Source: Eledone cirrhosa (lineage: Eukaryota). From it: a stretch of 64,000 nucleotides of DNA. Position 1 is the stretch's first letter. Each line of letters opens with the position of its first letter. The position numbers were made by a program, and so were the translations under genes. Of the stretch, positions 44,760 to 57,244 are shown piece after piece. A model generated the notes under the pieces. The model made no database searches. It saw nothing but the letters and a program-made list of their open reading frames with translations, and was not told the origin of the DNA. The DNA lies in assembly GCA_964016885.1 (NCBI GenBank), contig OZ024740.1, forward strand, positions 343,232,001 through 343,296,000, in the 5' to 3' direction.

Positions 44760-45010
44760 TTAATGCCGTTGGTGTTCCAAGCCCCACTGATGCAAGTCGA
44801 TTCCTGTAGGGAAACCATGAGCAGAGGGGCAGTTCCAGAAAGACATTGTTCTGGACAGGGAGAATTGGGAGTAAGGGTTAGTGCATTACTGGTGATGGAG
44901 GTGGGTGATCGAACACATGGTTTATTGAGGAGGAATGATGAATGACTTAGAATGTCTAAGTAGCGATGGCTTGAGACCAGCCAACTCCGAAGAGGAGATA
45001 CTATTTTAGT
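44760..45010 (-). pseudogene. Possible decayed LINE ORF2 3' end
   Basis: Minus-strand YSQFSLSRTMSFWNCPSAHGFP resembles the CR1/jockey-type C-terminal SF..RT..WN.LP motif. Confidence 0.35.
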
Positions 45011-46413
45011 GGTGGTAAAAAAAGTAGAGAGAAAAGACTGTAGACTGTAGACTGAAGCTGTAGTGTGTCTGTAAGTGTCTTCATATCAATTAAACAAATC
45101 ACACCACACAGTTTTTAAAAATAGGAAAACAGTGTATGATGTCTTTGATATAATAAAAGACAGGATATTCTTCGTTTGAAATACTTTGATCATAATACCT
45201 TTGATCATAGGTTCAGCCGACTCTAATATATTAATTATTTATACGTCAATAGTTTCAGAGAAGCTGCCGTTATTGTCTTAACTAGCTTTTCAAGCGGAAA
45301 ATGTGCAGTGGCGTAAGAGCGTAGGGTAAAATGCCTTACGGTATTTGTTCCCTCTTTATGCGCTTTATGTCTAAATCCGCTAAGGTCAACTTTAGTTCCA
45401 TCCTTTTGTCAAGCCGAGGCTATGATAGAAGACATTTATCCAATGTGCCACGAAGTAGGATCGCAACCAAAACACGTTTTTGTGTAAAGCTACATGCTAT
45501 AGACAGGAGATCTAACCGGAGGATGATTTACTCTTTCATCTGTCTAACACCACAAAAACTTGAGATGAGCACCAAAATATATGGATCATCTATTTGGGAA
45601 AATATTAGCTTAGCTTAGCTGTGACAACCGTGCAGCACTGATTCGCTATGTTCCACACATATAACTGAACACTGAGTTTTTCTTGCAATCAATAACTACT
45701 TGTTGATGGACGATGTAGTATTCTTTGCACGTCACAAGTTAGCTTTGAAAAACAAGACACAATCGAATTCAGATTCTGACACATCGAATGCATATTTCAC
45801 ACTACATTTTATCTGTCAGGAAAAGTTGACTAAAAAACTCTACAATCTACTTCTTTTCTGTTTGTTGATGTTAATGGTCATATTGTTGTTGTAGTCGTCA
45901 ATACTCTTCTTCTTCTTCTTCTTCTTCTTCTTCTTCTTCTTCTTCTTCTTCTTCTTCTCCTTCTTCTTCTTCTTCTTCTTCTTCTTCTTCCCTCGACACT
46001 CTCATTTTGTTTAACACTACAATCGTTTCAATCAAACTACCAATACAATAAATCAGAGTAAGCTGGTTCAATCTCAGTTGAAACTCTGACAGAAAAGAAA
46101 GTAATGAGTAAATAAATAAATAAACTAAACAAACAAATAAATAAATAAAGTAAGAAAGAAGAAATAAATTGTAAAGTTTCATTACTCATCTGCCTGACCT
46201 CTCTTATTCTGACAGCAAATCGGAGTATGAGATACATTAGAAATGGCTAACATTTAATGTATCAGATATATAAACATAGAGTGGATATAATAAGTAATTT
46301 TCACTGGGATTGATGTATTGTTTCTCTCGAAGGTTGGTGCCAATTTCGTTGTATCCTCAAACTTTAATTTTCATCCCATTCAAATAAATTCTTTTAGGAA
46401 TATATATATATAT

Positions 46414-46600
46414 AATATAGAAATGGCTTCTACAGGACTAGAACTGTTTCATTCGAAAGAAATCATCAGGAAAGCCCTGATGATTTCCTTTGATTTCCTT
46501 TGAATGAAACAGTTCTAGTCTTGTATAAACCATTTCTATATTAAATATTTATACACTGCTATGTATTGAGTACCTTACTTACGGTGGTTACCCGGAGGAC
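46414..46600 (+). mobile_element. Family A fold-back insert with hammerhead-like cores in both arms
   Basis: tcatcag 46463-46469 and CTGATGA 46477-46483 ...gaatGAAAcagtt; tail tacactgctatgtattgagtacc. Confidence 0.8.
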
Positions 46601-46609
46601 ACACACACG

Positions 46610-46681
<72 letters not shown>

Positions 46682-46708
46682 CGTGTTTGAGTGTGTGTGT
46701 GTGTGTGT

Positions 46709-46745
<37 letters not shown>

Positions 46746-46784
46746 AGTGTGTGTGTGTGTATGTGTGTGTGTGTGTGTGTGTTT

Positions 46785-46837
<53 letters not shown>

Positions 46838-46844
46838 AGTGTTT

Positions 46845-46905
<61 letters not shown>

Positions 46906-46939
46906 AGTGTGTGTGTGTGTATGTGTGTACATCACTCAT

Positions 46940-47131
46940 GGTGCATTGCTTAGTGGTTAGAGAATTGGGCTTGTAATCGGGAGGTTGTGGGTTCGATTCT
47001 TGGACTGGGTGATGCGTTGTGTTATGTCCTATTTGGCGTTGCTCCAGTTTACTCAGCAGTAGACGTCACAGATGCTGTATCGGTCATTGCCTTTTCCTTG
47101 GATAACATCGGTGGCATGGAAAAGGGAGGCT
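46940..47131 (+). mobile_element. tRNA-derived SINE (third type)
   Basis: ttgcttagtggttaga A-box and gggttcgattc B-box followed by a non-tRNA body. Confidence 0.65.
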
Positions 47132-47612
47132 GGTATGCATGGGTGACTGGGGGTCTTCCATAAACAGCCTCGTTATATTTGGGGAGGGTCATATTTTTAT
47201 AATATTGCCAGAAATATATAATAAAACGCACCCATTATTTGTTTGGATTGCTTTTCGCTTCCGTATATTTTATATCCCTAAAGTTAATTTAGCTGGCAAT
47301 CAATGTTTATCATTGATTGACCAATAGCTAAAAATATATATATAAATATATATAGTCTATCAAAGTTCTTTCATCACACACCTTTGGCATCATCAGTGGT
47401 ACTATAATGTTTCCTCCCGTTGTATTGTAATGTCGAGACATTACAATTGCCAGCTAAATTAACTATAACGATAGAAAATATACGGAAGCGAAAACCAAAC
47501 AATGAGTGTGTTTTATTATATATTTCTGGCAATATTATAACAATATGACCTTCCCCAAATATAACAATATTTGTTTCAACACATGATTTCATATAAAAAC
47601 ATTGTAAAACAA
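47132..47612. mobile_element. Non-coding inverted pair of 3' ends from a subfamily related to the 12235/57245 PLE, with hammerhead-like motif at 47359-47400 (minus)
   Basis: gttataYttggggagggtcatatt shared; reverse complement acca-CTGATGA...GAAA-gaac-TT-tgat. Confidence 0.8.
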
Positions 47613-47634
47613 ATATATATATATATACCCCCCC

Positions 47635-47690
<56 letters not shown>

Positions 47691-47715
47691 ATGTATATAT
47701 ATATATATATATATA

Positions 47716-47926
47716 TAACGAAGGAGTTGTGGTAAGGAACCAGATGGTCCATAACGCACCAGAGTATTCAATACTTAGGGTAGTAGAGTGAGTAATAGGA
47801 AAATGTATGACCCCGACGGCAGAGCTCAAGCCGTTTCGACGGCTATTTCTGAACTAAATTGGAATTTAGTCCAGAAATAGTTGTAGAAACGGCTTGAGCT
47901 CTGCCGTCGGGGTCATACATTTTCCT
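47716..47926 (-). mobile_element. Fold-back insert, family G (also 50648-50755, 56526-56713)
   Basis: Arms ~47796-47860 / 47863-47927; shared tail ataacgRagg...cagatgg.ccataacgcacca; in (TA)n. Confidence 0.85.
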
Positions 47927-48779
47927 ATATATATATATATAATTATGTTAACTCATTGTTTACTGAACAGATTTCCACAAAAGTGCGTTCAAATTTAATA
48001 AGGAAACTGAAATACTGAAACACATTAACTTAAATCAAGCAAGTCAGTTTGATTATCATTTTAAGCCGTTCGAGGGCGATTAAATGACGATGCTTATTTC
48101 CCAATAAGACTTTAATATATGTTTATTAAAAATACATTAAAAAAGTCGAGATATAACTCCGTAAAAGGCTTTTGGGTAAGTGCCTTTTACCACAGCCACA
48201 TGTTGACCTAACACTAGTGAAGGAAATCGAATAGAGGGAAACTGTTTGGGGCGGCCTTGTTACACGTTGTGTAACACAGAGTCTTCCAGAAGACTATGTT
48301 AGGAGTTCATGTACCTATGGAATACTCAGTCACTTACATGTTGATTTAACGAATTGAATGTTCTGCCGATCGAACAAGTAGTACACTAATTGTCGAAATA
48401 GACAGAGACCCATGCACTATTAATCTACAACTAGCATTTATTTATCGAATTTAGAGTAACTGAACGGCAAAGTAGACCCGCAAGATTTGAAATCAGAATG
48501 ACGAAGAAAACACAAATCTATAGGGATATTTTACCATCTCAGTGAAATAACCTAACTTTTATACATGATATTATTGTTAGTTTTTAACTTCAACACAAAG
48601 AAAAGCATTCTTAGGGTACTTATTTTATCAATCTCTTTTTGTCGAACCGCAAAGTTACTATAAGAGACACGCACAGATGTATAAGATGTTCTATATGTAT
48701 TTGTATTTGCTTCTCTGAATAAGATTTTTTTAACAATCTCTTTTCATTGATATGTTATGTATATTCTGATAAATTTACG

Positions 48780-48832
<53 letters not shown>

Positions 48833-48841
<9 letters not shown>

Positions 48842-49199
48842 AGATCAAAAGATGGTTAAATGAGTTCCATGTATTTTATTATGCGCATTTCAAAAACAAA
48901 TATCATCATGCAATAACATTTGTGTTTTCATCAGATAAAATAGGAGGACATGATATGAAGGTTAAAAAACACTTGTGGATAGTGCAGTTTCATATCATGT
49001 CCTCCTATTTTATCTGATGAAAACACAAATGTTATTGCATGATGATATTTGTTTTTGAAATGCGCATAATAAAATACATGGAACTCATTTAACCATCTTT
49101 TGATCTTATATATTATGTATACTCCAGTCCTACAAACTGTAGAGTGCTTCTTATCCGATATCTGCATTGCTTTATTGTACTACAATAAAACTCACCTCC

Positions 49200-49200
<1 letters not shown>
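48833..49200 (+). mobile_element. Family D fold-back insert (arms ~48833-48959 / 48988-49114, tail to 49200)
   Basis: Perfect inverted arms, hammerhead in each, (TA)n flanks. Confidence 0.92.
49006..49076 (+). ncRNA. Type-I hammerhead ribozyme (antisense twin 48872-48942)
   Basis: tattttat-CTGATGA-stem II-GAAA-TGCGCA-TA-ataaaata; 8-bp stem I. Confidence 0.88.
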
Positions 49201-49261
<61 letters not shown>

Positions 49262-49344
49262 AATAAAATAAAAAGGACGATTGGTTACTCCTTCATTACG
49301 TTTATTGGTTGGTGAACCTACAGTAACTCCAAGTTACACTCCCT

Positions 49345-49387
<43 letters not shown>

Positions 49388-49395
49388 ATATACTA

Positions 49396-49428
<33 letters not shown>

Positions 49429-49449
49429 TGTATATAATTATATAGACAC

Positions 49450-49916
49450 TCCTACTCCACTACACCTAACTTAGCTAGGAATGTAACCAATCCCAACACG
49501 GCTAAATTAAATAAGCCTACTATCTCCGAAACCCATCCCTGGAGGGGAGCATTGTGCAACTGCCAAAATAAGGAAGTTTCTCCACTCGAAATTAAATGCC
49601 TCTCGAACGACATCGTATATAAATGTGATGTCGTCTCAGACATTGATGACAACAACAAAAAGACACATATCGGAAGGAATTCCAACAATTTTATGACCAT
49701 ACCCACTCGTTCAGTAGACCGGACAAATCGAATCAGACAACACTCGCCTCCTATGTTTGGGACCTCAAGAGAGACTCTACCCCTCAAATGGAAACTACTC
49801 CAGAGAGCGTGCCCATACATGGGATGACACATGTGTTGCGACCTTTTTATTTCAGAGAGCTACAAAATGCTATTTGCCGAGGGCCCGACACTGAACAAAC
49901 TCTCTGAACACTTCCC

Positions 49917-49918
<2 letters not shown>
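49450..49918 (+). pseudogene. Decayed PLE GIY-YIG fragment, same lineage as 37903-38829
   Basis: SYSTTPNLARNV, CNCQNK...KCLSNDIVYKCDV, HIGR, CDLFISE, TLNKLSE. Confidence 0.8.
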
Positions 49919-49968
<50 letters not shown>

Positions 49969-49974
49969 CTATGT

Positions 49975-50150
49975 TTATCCCGGGTTCAATCCGGGGTAAC
50001 CACAGTAAGTAAGGTTCTCAATACAAAGCAGAGTATAAATATTTAATATAGATAAGGCTTCTACAGGACTAGAACTGTTTCATTCGGGATCCTGATGATT
50101 TCTCCCGAACGAAACAGTTCTAGTCCTGTAGAAATCTTTTCTATATTAAA
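49975..50150. mobile_element. Family A fold-back insert (tail on left)
   Basis: CTGATGA 50092-50098, GAAA 50111-50114; arms ttctacaggactagaactgtttc / gaaacagttctagtcctgtagaa. Confidence 0.8.
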
Positions 50151-50167
50151 TATATATATATATATAT

Positions 50168-50581
50168 ATTAGAAAGTGAGGTTTTTATTACAAAATGAAA
50201 AATAACCGAGGTGTCCTACACGAGTGGAAGTATAAAGAAAAAGGGATGAAATCGAAAATGCAACTGAAGTCTTATTTTTTTAAAAAATATATATATTTTG
50301 TTGTTTTGTTGAGACTTTGGTGGCATTTTCGGTTTTCGTGAGGTTTTTTTTACAAAATATAAGACTTCAGTTGCATTTTCGATTTTATCCCTTTTTCTTT
50401 ATACTTCCACTCGTGTAGGACACCTCGGTTATTTTTCATTTTGTAAAAAAAACCTCAATTTCTAATATATACCCACCACACGAAGACCGAAAATGCCACC
50501 AAAGTCTCAACAAAACAACAAAATATATATATTTTAAAAAAAAATAAGACTTCAGTTGCATTTTCGATTTCATCCCTTTTT

Positions 50582-50588
<7 letters not shown>
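50168..50588. mobile_element. Complex fold-back insert: one forward and two tandem reverse partial copies
   Basis: aaagggatgaaatcgaaaatgcaactgaagtctta once forward, twice reverse; (TA)n flanks. Confidence 0.85.
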
Positions 50589-50647
<59 letters not shown>

Positions 50648-50650
<3 letters not shown>

Positions 50651-50755
50651 AACGAGTAGGTCCTACTCGTTCCTATTACCCACTCTAGTACCCTAAGTAT
50701 TGAGTACTTTGGTGCGTTATGGTCCACCTGGTTCCTTACCACATTTCCTCCGTTA
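50648..50755 (+). mobile_element. Family G mini-insert with a 12-14-bp terminal hairpin
   Basis: ggaacgagtagg-t-cctactcgttcc followed by the family G tail. Confidence 0.8.
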
Positions 50756-50791
50756 TATATATATATATATATATATATACATTTCCTCCGT

Positions 50792-50829
<38 letters not shown>

Positions 50830-50861
50830 TTATATATTTTATTTTATTTTATTTATTTTAT

Positions 50862-50914
<53 letters not shown>

Positions 50915-51088
50915 AAATAAATAAGTCAAATATTTAAAATTTGGCTTCGTTTATTACTGCATATATTTCGGTGATAGCCATCTTGAGGGCGACCGGGTAA
51001 AGTGGAAGATGCTAGATGGTCGGTCGTCCTCCAGTCTTTGATTTTCAGCCCCATGGATTTTATTTATTATTCATTTATTGTATTTCGA

Positions 51089-51146
51089 ATACCTGATGAT
51101 ATCACCGGATTCATACGGAACCCGGTCATTGAAATGATCATAGTGT
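51089..51146 (+). ncRNA. Type-I hammerhead ribozyme
   Basis: atac-CTGATGA-tatc accgg/ccggt catt-GAAA-TGATCA-TA-gtgt-AATAAA. Confidence 0.8.
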
Positions 51147-51292
51147 AATAAACCTTTCAAGGATTTACACAAGTCCAGCATCCTGTCATTTTATTATAAT
51201 ATTATATATATATTTATGCTTTCATATATTTTTATATCTGTATATCTGTTTGACCCGAAATAGGAGATCGAATCTTCGCTGTGTGGATGATT

Positions 51293-51435
51293 AGTTTAAC
51301 CACCATCTCAGTGTGTTTGGCCTTTAACGTAAGTTGTAAGCTGTAATTCTTTTGAATTATTGAGCGCTTGCCTCACAATTCGAAAGTGTTTTTTCGTTAT
51401 TTCATAGGCTGAAATTCGATTCTCGCTAACTTTTA
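51293..51435. repeat. Dispersed repeat shared with 61968-62108, unclassified
   Basis: ttaacca.c.tctcagtgtgtttgg.ctttaacgta...ttgagcgcttgcc...cgattctcg in both, each ending near (TA)n. Confidence 0.75.
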
Positions 51436-51437
51436 CT

Positions 51438-51639
<202 letters not shown>

Positions 51640-51859
51640 TTGGATATAAAATCGAAACCACGTGGTTGTGAATCGAACTCTTTAACTACACAGCACCGCA
51701 CGCACGCGTGTGCGCGATTCTTTACGTGTGTTTGTTTTTGGATGTGTGTATGTCACTGTGTGTTTGTGTTTGGATGTGTGGGTATGTGTGTGTATGTGCC
51801 CTCATGTACCTTTGGAGGCTTCTTATCTAAAGAAGCACATAATTCACATTATATGTGCA

Positions 51860-51980
51860 CACACCTCATATATACATACACACACACCTCATATATACAT
51901 ACACACACCTCATATATACATACACACACCTCATATATACATACACACACCTCATATATACATATACACACACCTCATAC
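51860..51980. repeat. 21-bp minisatellite (cacacctcatatatacataca), ~5 copies
   Basis: Direct reading. Confidence 0.9.
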
Positions 51981-52997
51981 ACACACTCACCCCTCATACA
52001 CACACTCACCCCATACGCACACAGACTAAGACATAGAGATGCTCTCCTGTTCTCTATTTCAGACACTAACTCACACAAACACGCACACACACACACACAC
52101 AAGATAGACACACACACAGCCACACAGACACACCCACACCTCACACATACACACATAGACACATATACACACTTAGACACACAGACATACTCACATACAC
52201 ATACACACATAGACACACAGATGCACTCTCACAGACATACACACGCACCACGCACACAGAGGCGTTTGTCTATCGACAGTATGCAAACCTTAAGTATAGA
52301 GTAGTCGCGATTGCATGCACTGAAAAACGAATAACATAATAATATAATATAACAATATAATATAATATAATACAACAAAATAAAACAATATAACAAAATA
52401 AAACAAACAATAAATAAAATGATAAAAAAGTCCCGTATCAACTCCCACCAATAAAATACAAACAAATACAAACAAATACAAACAAATACAAGCAAATACA
52501 AGCAAATACAAGCAAACAAACGAAAACTAAGAACAAAAGCAATCTAACAACAAAAAAAATATGTAAGAAAAAGCAAAAAAACACCACATATAAATAAAAA
52601 GTAAAAGAACATGAAAAAAAGATGATCTGTGATTTACACTAGAATTACTTTTGCATAAAAATCTGCAGCACATCTGCTTCTTATTATTATGTGCATATAT
52701 GGAAGAGGAGAGAAATGTTGTTTGGTACATAGGAGATGATATGCACACTTTATCAGCGTGTCTCACCTGCAAACATAGCTGACACTCAACGACGTTATAG
52801 CAGCTACAATTCTTGTTTATAAGTCTTCTCTATACATGTTTAGAGTCAGCATTTGTTTGTGTCTGTGAGACTGTGTGTGTGTTCTACCTTCTTTATTTCA
52901 TTATTTATTTACCTTTTTCTAAAAAAAAAAAAAAATGTTTCATTTATTTTTTTATTTTAGATCATATTTTTTTCTCCCTTTTTTGTGTGTATGTGTT

Positions 52998-54880
52998 AGT
53001 AGTAGTTGTGGTGGTAGTTGTGGTGGTAGTTGTGGTGGTAGTTGTGGTGGTAGTAGTTGTGGCAGTAGTTGTGGTGGTAGTTGTGGTGGTAGTTGTGTTA
53101 GTAGTAGTTGTGGTGGTAGTGGTGGTGGTGGTGGTGGTGGTTGTGGTGGTAGTGGTGGTAGTGGTGGTGGTGGTGGTGGTGGTTGTGGTGGTAGTGGTGG
53201 TGGTGGTGGTGGTGGTGGTGGTGGTGATGGTGGTGGTGGTGGTTGTGGTGGTGATGGTGGTGGTTGTGGTGGTGATGGTGGTGGTGGTGGTGGTGATGTT
53301 GGTGGTGGTGGTTGTGGTGGTGGTGGTGGTGGTGGTGGTGGTGGTGGTGGTGGTGGTGGTGGTTGTGGTGGTGATGGTGGTGGTGGTGGTGATGTTGGTG
53401 GTGGTGGTTGTGGTGGTAGTTGTGGTGGTAGTTGTGGTGGTAGTAGTTGTGGCAGTAGTTGTGGTGGTAGTTGTGTTAGTAGTAGTTGTGGTGGTGGTGG
53501 TGGTTGTGGTGGTGGTGGTGATGGTGGTGGTGGTGGTGGTGGTGGTGATGGTGGTGGTGGTTGTGGTGGTGATGGTGGTGGTGGTGGCTGTGGTTGTGGT
53601 GATGGTGGTGATGGTGGTGGTGGTGGTGATGTTGGTGGTGGTGGTTGTGGTGGTGGTGATGGTGGTGGTGGTGATGGTGGTGGTGGTGGTGGTTGTGGTG
53701 GTGGTGGTGGTGATGGTGGTGGTGGTGGTGGTGATGGTGGTGGTGGTGGTGGTGGTGATGGTGGTGGTGGTGGTGGTAGTGGGGGTGGTGATGGTGGTGG
53801 TTGTGGTTGTGGTGGTGGTGGTGGTGATGGTTGTGGTGGTGGTGGTGGTGGTGATGGTGGTGGTGATGGTTGTGGTGGTGGTGGTGGTGGTGATGGTGGT
53901 GGTGGTGGTGGTGGTGATGGTGGTGGTGGTGGTGGTAGTGGGGGTGGTGATGGTGGTGGTTGTGGTTGTGGTGGTGGTGGTGGTGATGGTTGTGGTGGTA
54001 GTTGTGTTAGTAGTAGTTGTGGTGGTGGTGGTGGTTGTGGTGGTGGTGGTGATGGTGGTGGTGGTGGTGGTGGTGGTGATGGTGGTGGTGGTGGTGGTGA
54101 TGGTGGTGGTGGTGTTGGTTGTGGTGGTGGTGGTGGTGTTGGTTGTGGTGGTGGTGGTGTTGGTTGTGGTGGTGGTGGTGGTGATGGTGGTGGTGGTGGT
54201 GGTGATGGTGGTGGTGGTGGTGGTGATGGTGGTGGTGGTGGTGGTAGTGGTGGTGGTGATGGTGGTGGTTGTGGTTGTGGTAGTGGTGGTGGTGGTGATG
54301 GTGGTGGTGGTGTTGGTGTTGGTGGTAGTGTGGTGGTGGTGGTGGTGGTGGTGGTGGTGGTGTTGGTGTTGGTGGTAGTGTGGTGGTGGTGGTGGTGGTG
54401 GTGGTGGTTGTGGTGGTGATGGTGGTGGTTGTGGTGATGGTTGTGGTGGTGGTGGTGGTGGTGATGGTGGTGGTGGTGGTGGTGGTGGTAGTGGTGGTGA
54501 TGGATGTGGTGGTGGTGGTGGTGGTGGTGGTTGTGGTGGTGGTGGTGATGGTGGTGGTGGTGTTGGTGGTGGTGGTGGTGGTGGTATGGTGGTAGTGGTG
54601 GTGGTATGGTGGTGGTGGTGATGGTGGTGGTGGTGGTGGTGGTTGTGGTCGTGGTGGTGGTGGTTGTGGTGGTGGTTGTGGTGGTGGTGGTGGTGGTGGT
54701 GGTGTGGTGGTGGTGGTTGTTGTGGTGGTGGTCGTCATCATCATCATCACCATCACCATCACCATCATCATCACCATCATCATCCCCATCATCACCATCA
54801 TTATCATCACCATCACCATCATCGTCATCACCGTAATCATCATCATGATCATCATCATGATCATCATCATGATCATCATC
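52998..54880. repeat. ~1.7-kb degenerate (GGT)n array followed by (CAT)n
   Basis: GGT with GAT/TGT/AGT variants; switches to (CAT/CAC)n at ~54735. Confidence 0.95.
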
Positions 54881-55055
54881 ATTGTGTTCCTCATTATAAT
54901 CACCCTTCTTTCCTTTCTCTTCCCTACTCTCCTTCCTCGCCGATGCTCTCTCCTCCATTGTTTCTCCCCTCTAATCATCGTACTCTCTCTCACACTCCTC
55001 CTCCTTCACACACCCCTCCTTTTCTTCCTCATCGTCGTCCTTGTCATTTCGATCC

Positions 55056-55230
55056 ACCCGACGCCATGCTTTGAACCATGCTTTCCAGTGTAGTTACGTC
55101 CCTTTACGATCTGAGTTCAAATCCCGCCGAGGTTAACTTTGCCTTTCATCCTTACGGGGTCGATAAAATAAAGTACCAGCAAAAACACTGGGATAATTGC
55201 TGGCCTTGTGCCAAATGTAGAAACAATTAT
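55056..55230 (+). mobile_element. Main SINE (5'-truncated)
   Basis: Match to consensus. Confidence 0.88.
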
Positions 55231-56228
55231 ATTCTAACTCTGCCATCATAGCCATTAATTTGTAACAGTAAAGGATTATAAATAGACTGAAACGGCCATA
55301 GTACCTGACTGGTACTAATTATTCCAACCAACATGGAAATGGTATCCAAGTATTTATCAAGCCAAATCCATCCATCTTACTAAAAGAGCGATAGATTGAT
55401 CAATCTAACCCTAGATACAATATAAGCAAAGGAAAAAGATCGTAGAGTCACAGATAAAACGTATTAGATCATTGTAATAAGGTCAAACCTACTGGTAATG
55501 ATCCTTATGATGATAGGTTGGAAGCTCTTCAACTTACGCTGTTTGTGAGGTTCTAAACCAGGTCTCAAACTAAAGGACTAAAAAAGGCGATTACAGCTTG
55601 AGGGGAAGACACAGTGGGCCAAAGTGAGGAACATACACACTTATACACATATGTACATACACACATTTATTTTTCTCATCAATGTGAGGTCGACGAAAAG
55701 GCCGATTAAATGAAAGTGTAATTCTTAAATAACATCCTTCTTTATCTTACACAGGAAGAAACACACACACACACACAGACACCCCCCTCTCTCACTCTCT
55801 CTCTCTCTCTCTCTCTCACTCTTTCACACGCACACAGACATGCTCGCATATGTGCACGTTTGTGTGTGATATAGATAGTGATTGTATGCGAGAAAAGGAA
55901 AGTCATTTAGTGGACAACTGTGAAGCAGTCGGACTGCTCTAATGCAGATTGCAGATGAATTTGGGCTTTTAGTTAAACTGCTTAATGGCAGCCAATAACG
56001 GAAGGGCTTGGGAAGTAAACTAAAGATGGCAGCAGTACAGTGAGTAATATAAATTCTTGAAGTTTCAGTGATTAGCTTTTTGGCCGTTCTCCAGTGGAAG
56101 CGTATTCTTTGGCAACTTTCGATACAACAAACTTTCTGATGCCAGCGTCTTTCTGACGAGGCTGAGTTGATCGTCACTTCATTTGACTGATAAACTTCAT
56201 TTAGTAAAGATTCACTATTTTCCATTCA

Positions 56229-56261
<33 letters not shown>

Positions 56262-56472
56262 AAAGGTAAACAGATATAACAACACAATCGGTACAGTATA
56301 TGGAAGGGATATATTAAGTTAACGCTTGTTATAGCAGGAAGAGGGTCTTAACGTTTTGGACGCTAGTCCTTCATCAAAAGAAAGAATGAGAAATAAGACA
56401 GATTAAGGGGACGGGCGGGATGGAATTGGAAAAAAATGTCTTTAGATAAAAATAACAGGTCCATTCATGTTG

Positions 56473-56525
<53 letters not shown>

Positions 56526-56528
<3 letters not shown>

Positions 56529-56713
56529 CGAAGGAAATGTGGTTAGGAACCAGATGGACCATAACGCACCAAAGTACTCAATACTTAGGGTAGTAGAGTG
56601 GGTAATAGGAACAAGTAAGACCCCGACGGCAGAGCTCAATCCGTTTCGACGGCTAACTCTGGACTAGAATTAGCCGTCGAAACGGCTTGAGCTCAGCCGT
56701 CAGGGTCTTGTTC
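56526..56713 (-). mobile_element. Family G fold-back insert
   Basis: Arms ~56617-56656 / 56670-56710; in (TA)n. Confidence 0.85.
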
Positions 56714-56808
56714 ATATATATATATGGTATTATAATATGTATATGTATGTTATTATAACATGTATATAAAACGAACACGGAACATATTGGGCCCAGCCAT
56801 GTAAACTT

Positions 56809-56902
56809 GTATATCTGAGGAGGTGTCGATTAAGAGTTGGGATCTCATCACCTGATCAAACCCGAGCTGATCGATAACAAAACAATTATAATATGCAATA
56901 AA
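56809..56902 (+). ncRNA. Decayed hammerhead ribozyme
   Basis: gtatat-CTGAGGA-gtcgat/atcgat-(A)AAA-CAATT(A)-TA-atatgc-AATAAA; G12 and one stem III G mutated to A. Confidence 0.65.
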
Positions 56903-56933
56903 GTTTCATATCAAGTTGCAAATCTGGCTTCTA

Positions 56934-56985
<52 letters not shown>

Positions 56986-56990
56986 AATAT

Positions 56991-57087
<97 letters not shown>

Positions 57088-57102
57088 TATATATATATAT
57101 AA

Positions 57103-57236
57103 CTGTTTCTACTTTAGGCACAAGGCCAGCAAATACCCAGTGCATGACTGGTACTTTATTTTATCGACCCCGTAAGGATGAAAGGCAAAGTGAACCTCGG
57201 CGGGATTTGAACTCAGATCGTAAAGGGACGTAACTA
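57103..57236 (-). mobile_element. Main SINE, 5' part missing where the PLE abuts it
   Basis: Reverse-complement match. Confidence 0.88.
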
Positions 57237-57244
57237 ACGGCGAT

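Noticed and set aside
52640-52860. Possible host exon boundary (minus-strand ttgcag|gtgaga); other unique stretches at ~26000-26420, 28375-28600 and 55900-56225
   Set aside because: No recognisable protein motif or consistent splice pair; cannot be supported without transcript data
52813-54993. 300-670 aa Gly/Val/Pro/His-rich ORFs
   Set aside because: Open on both strands and in several frames because of the (GGT)n repeat; no signal peptide or unique domain, and phase slips occur
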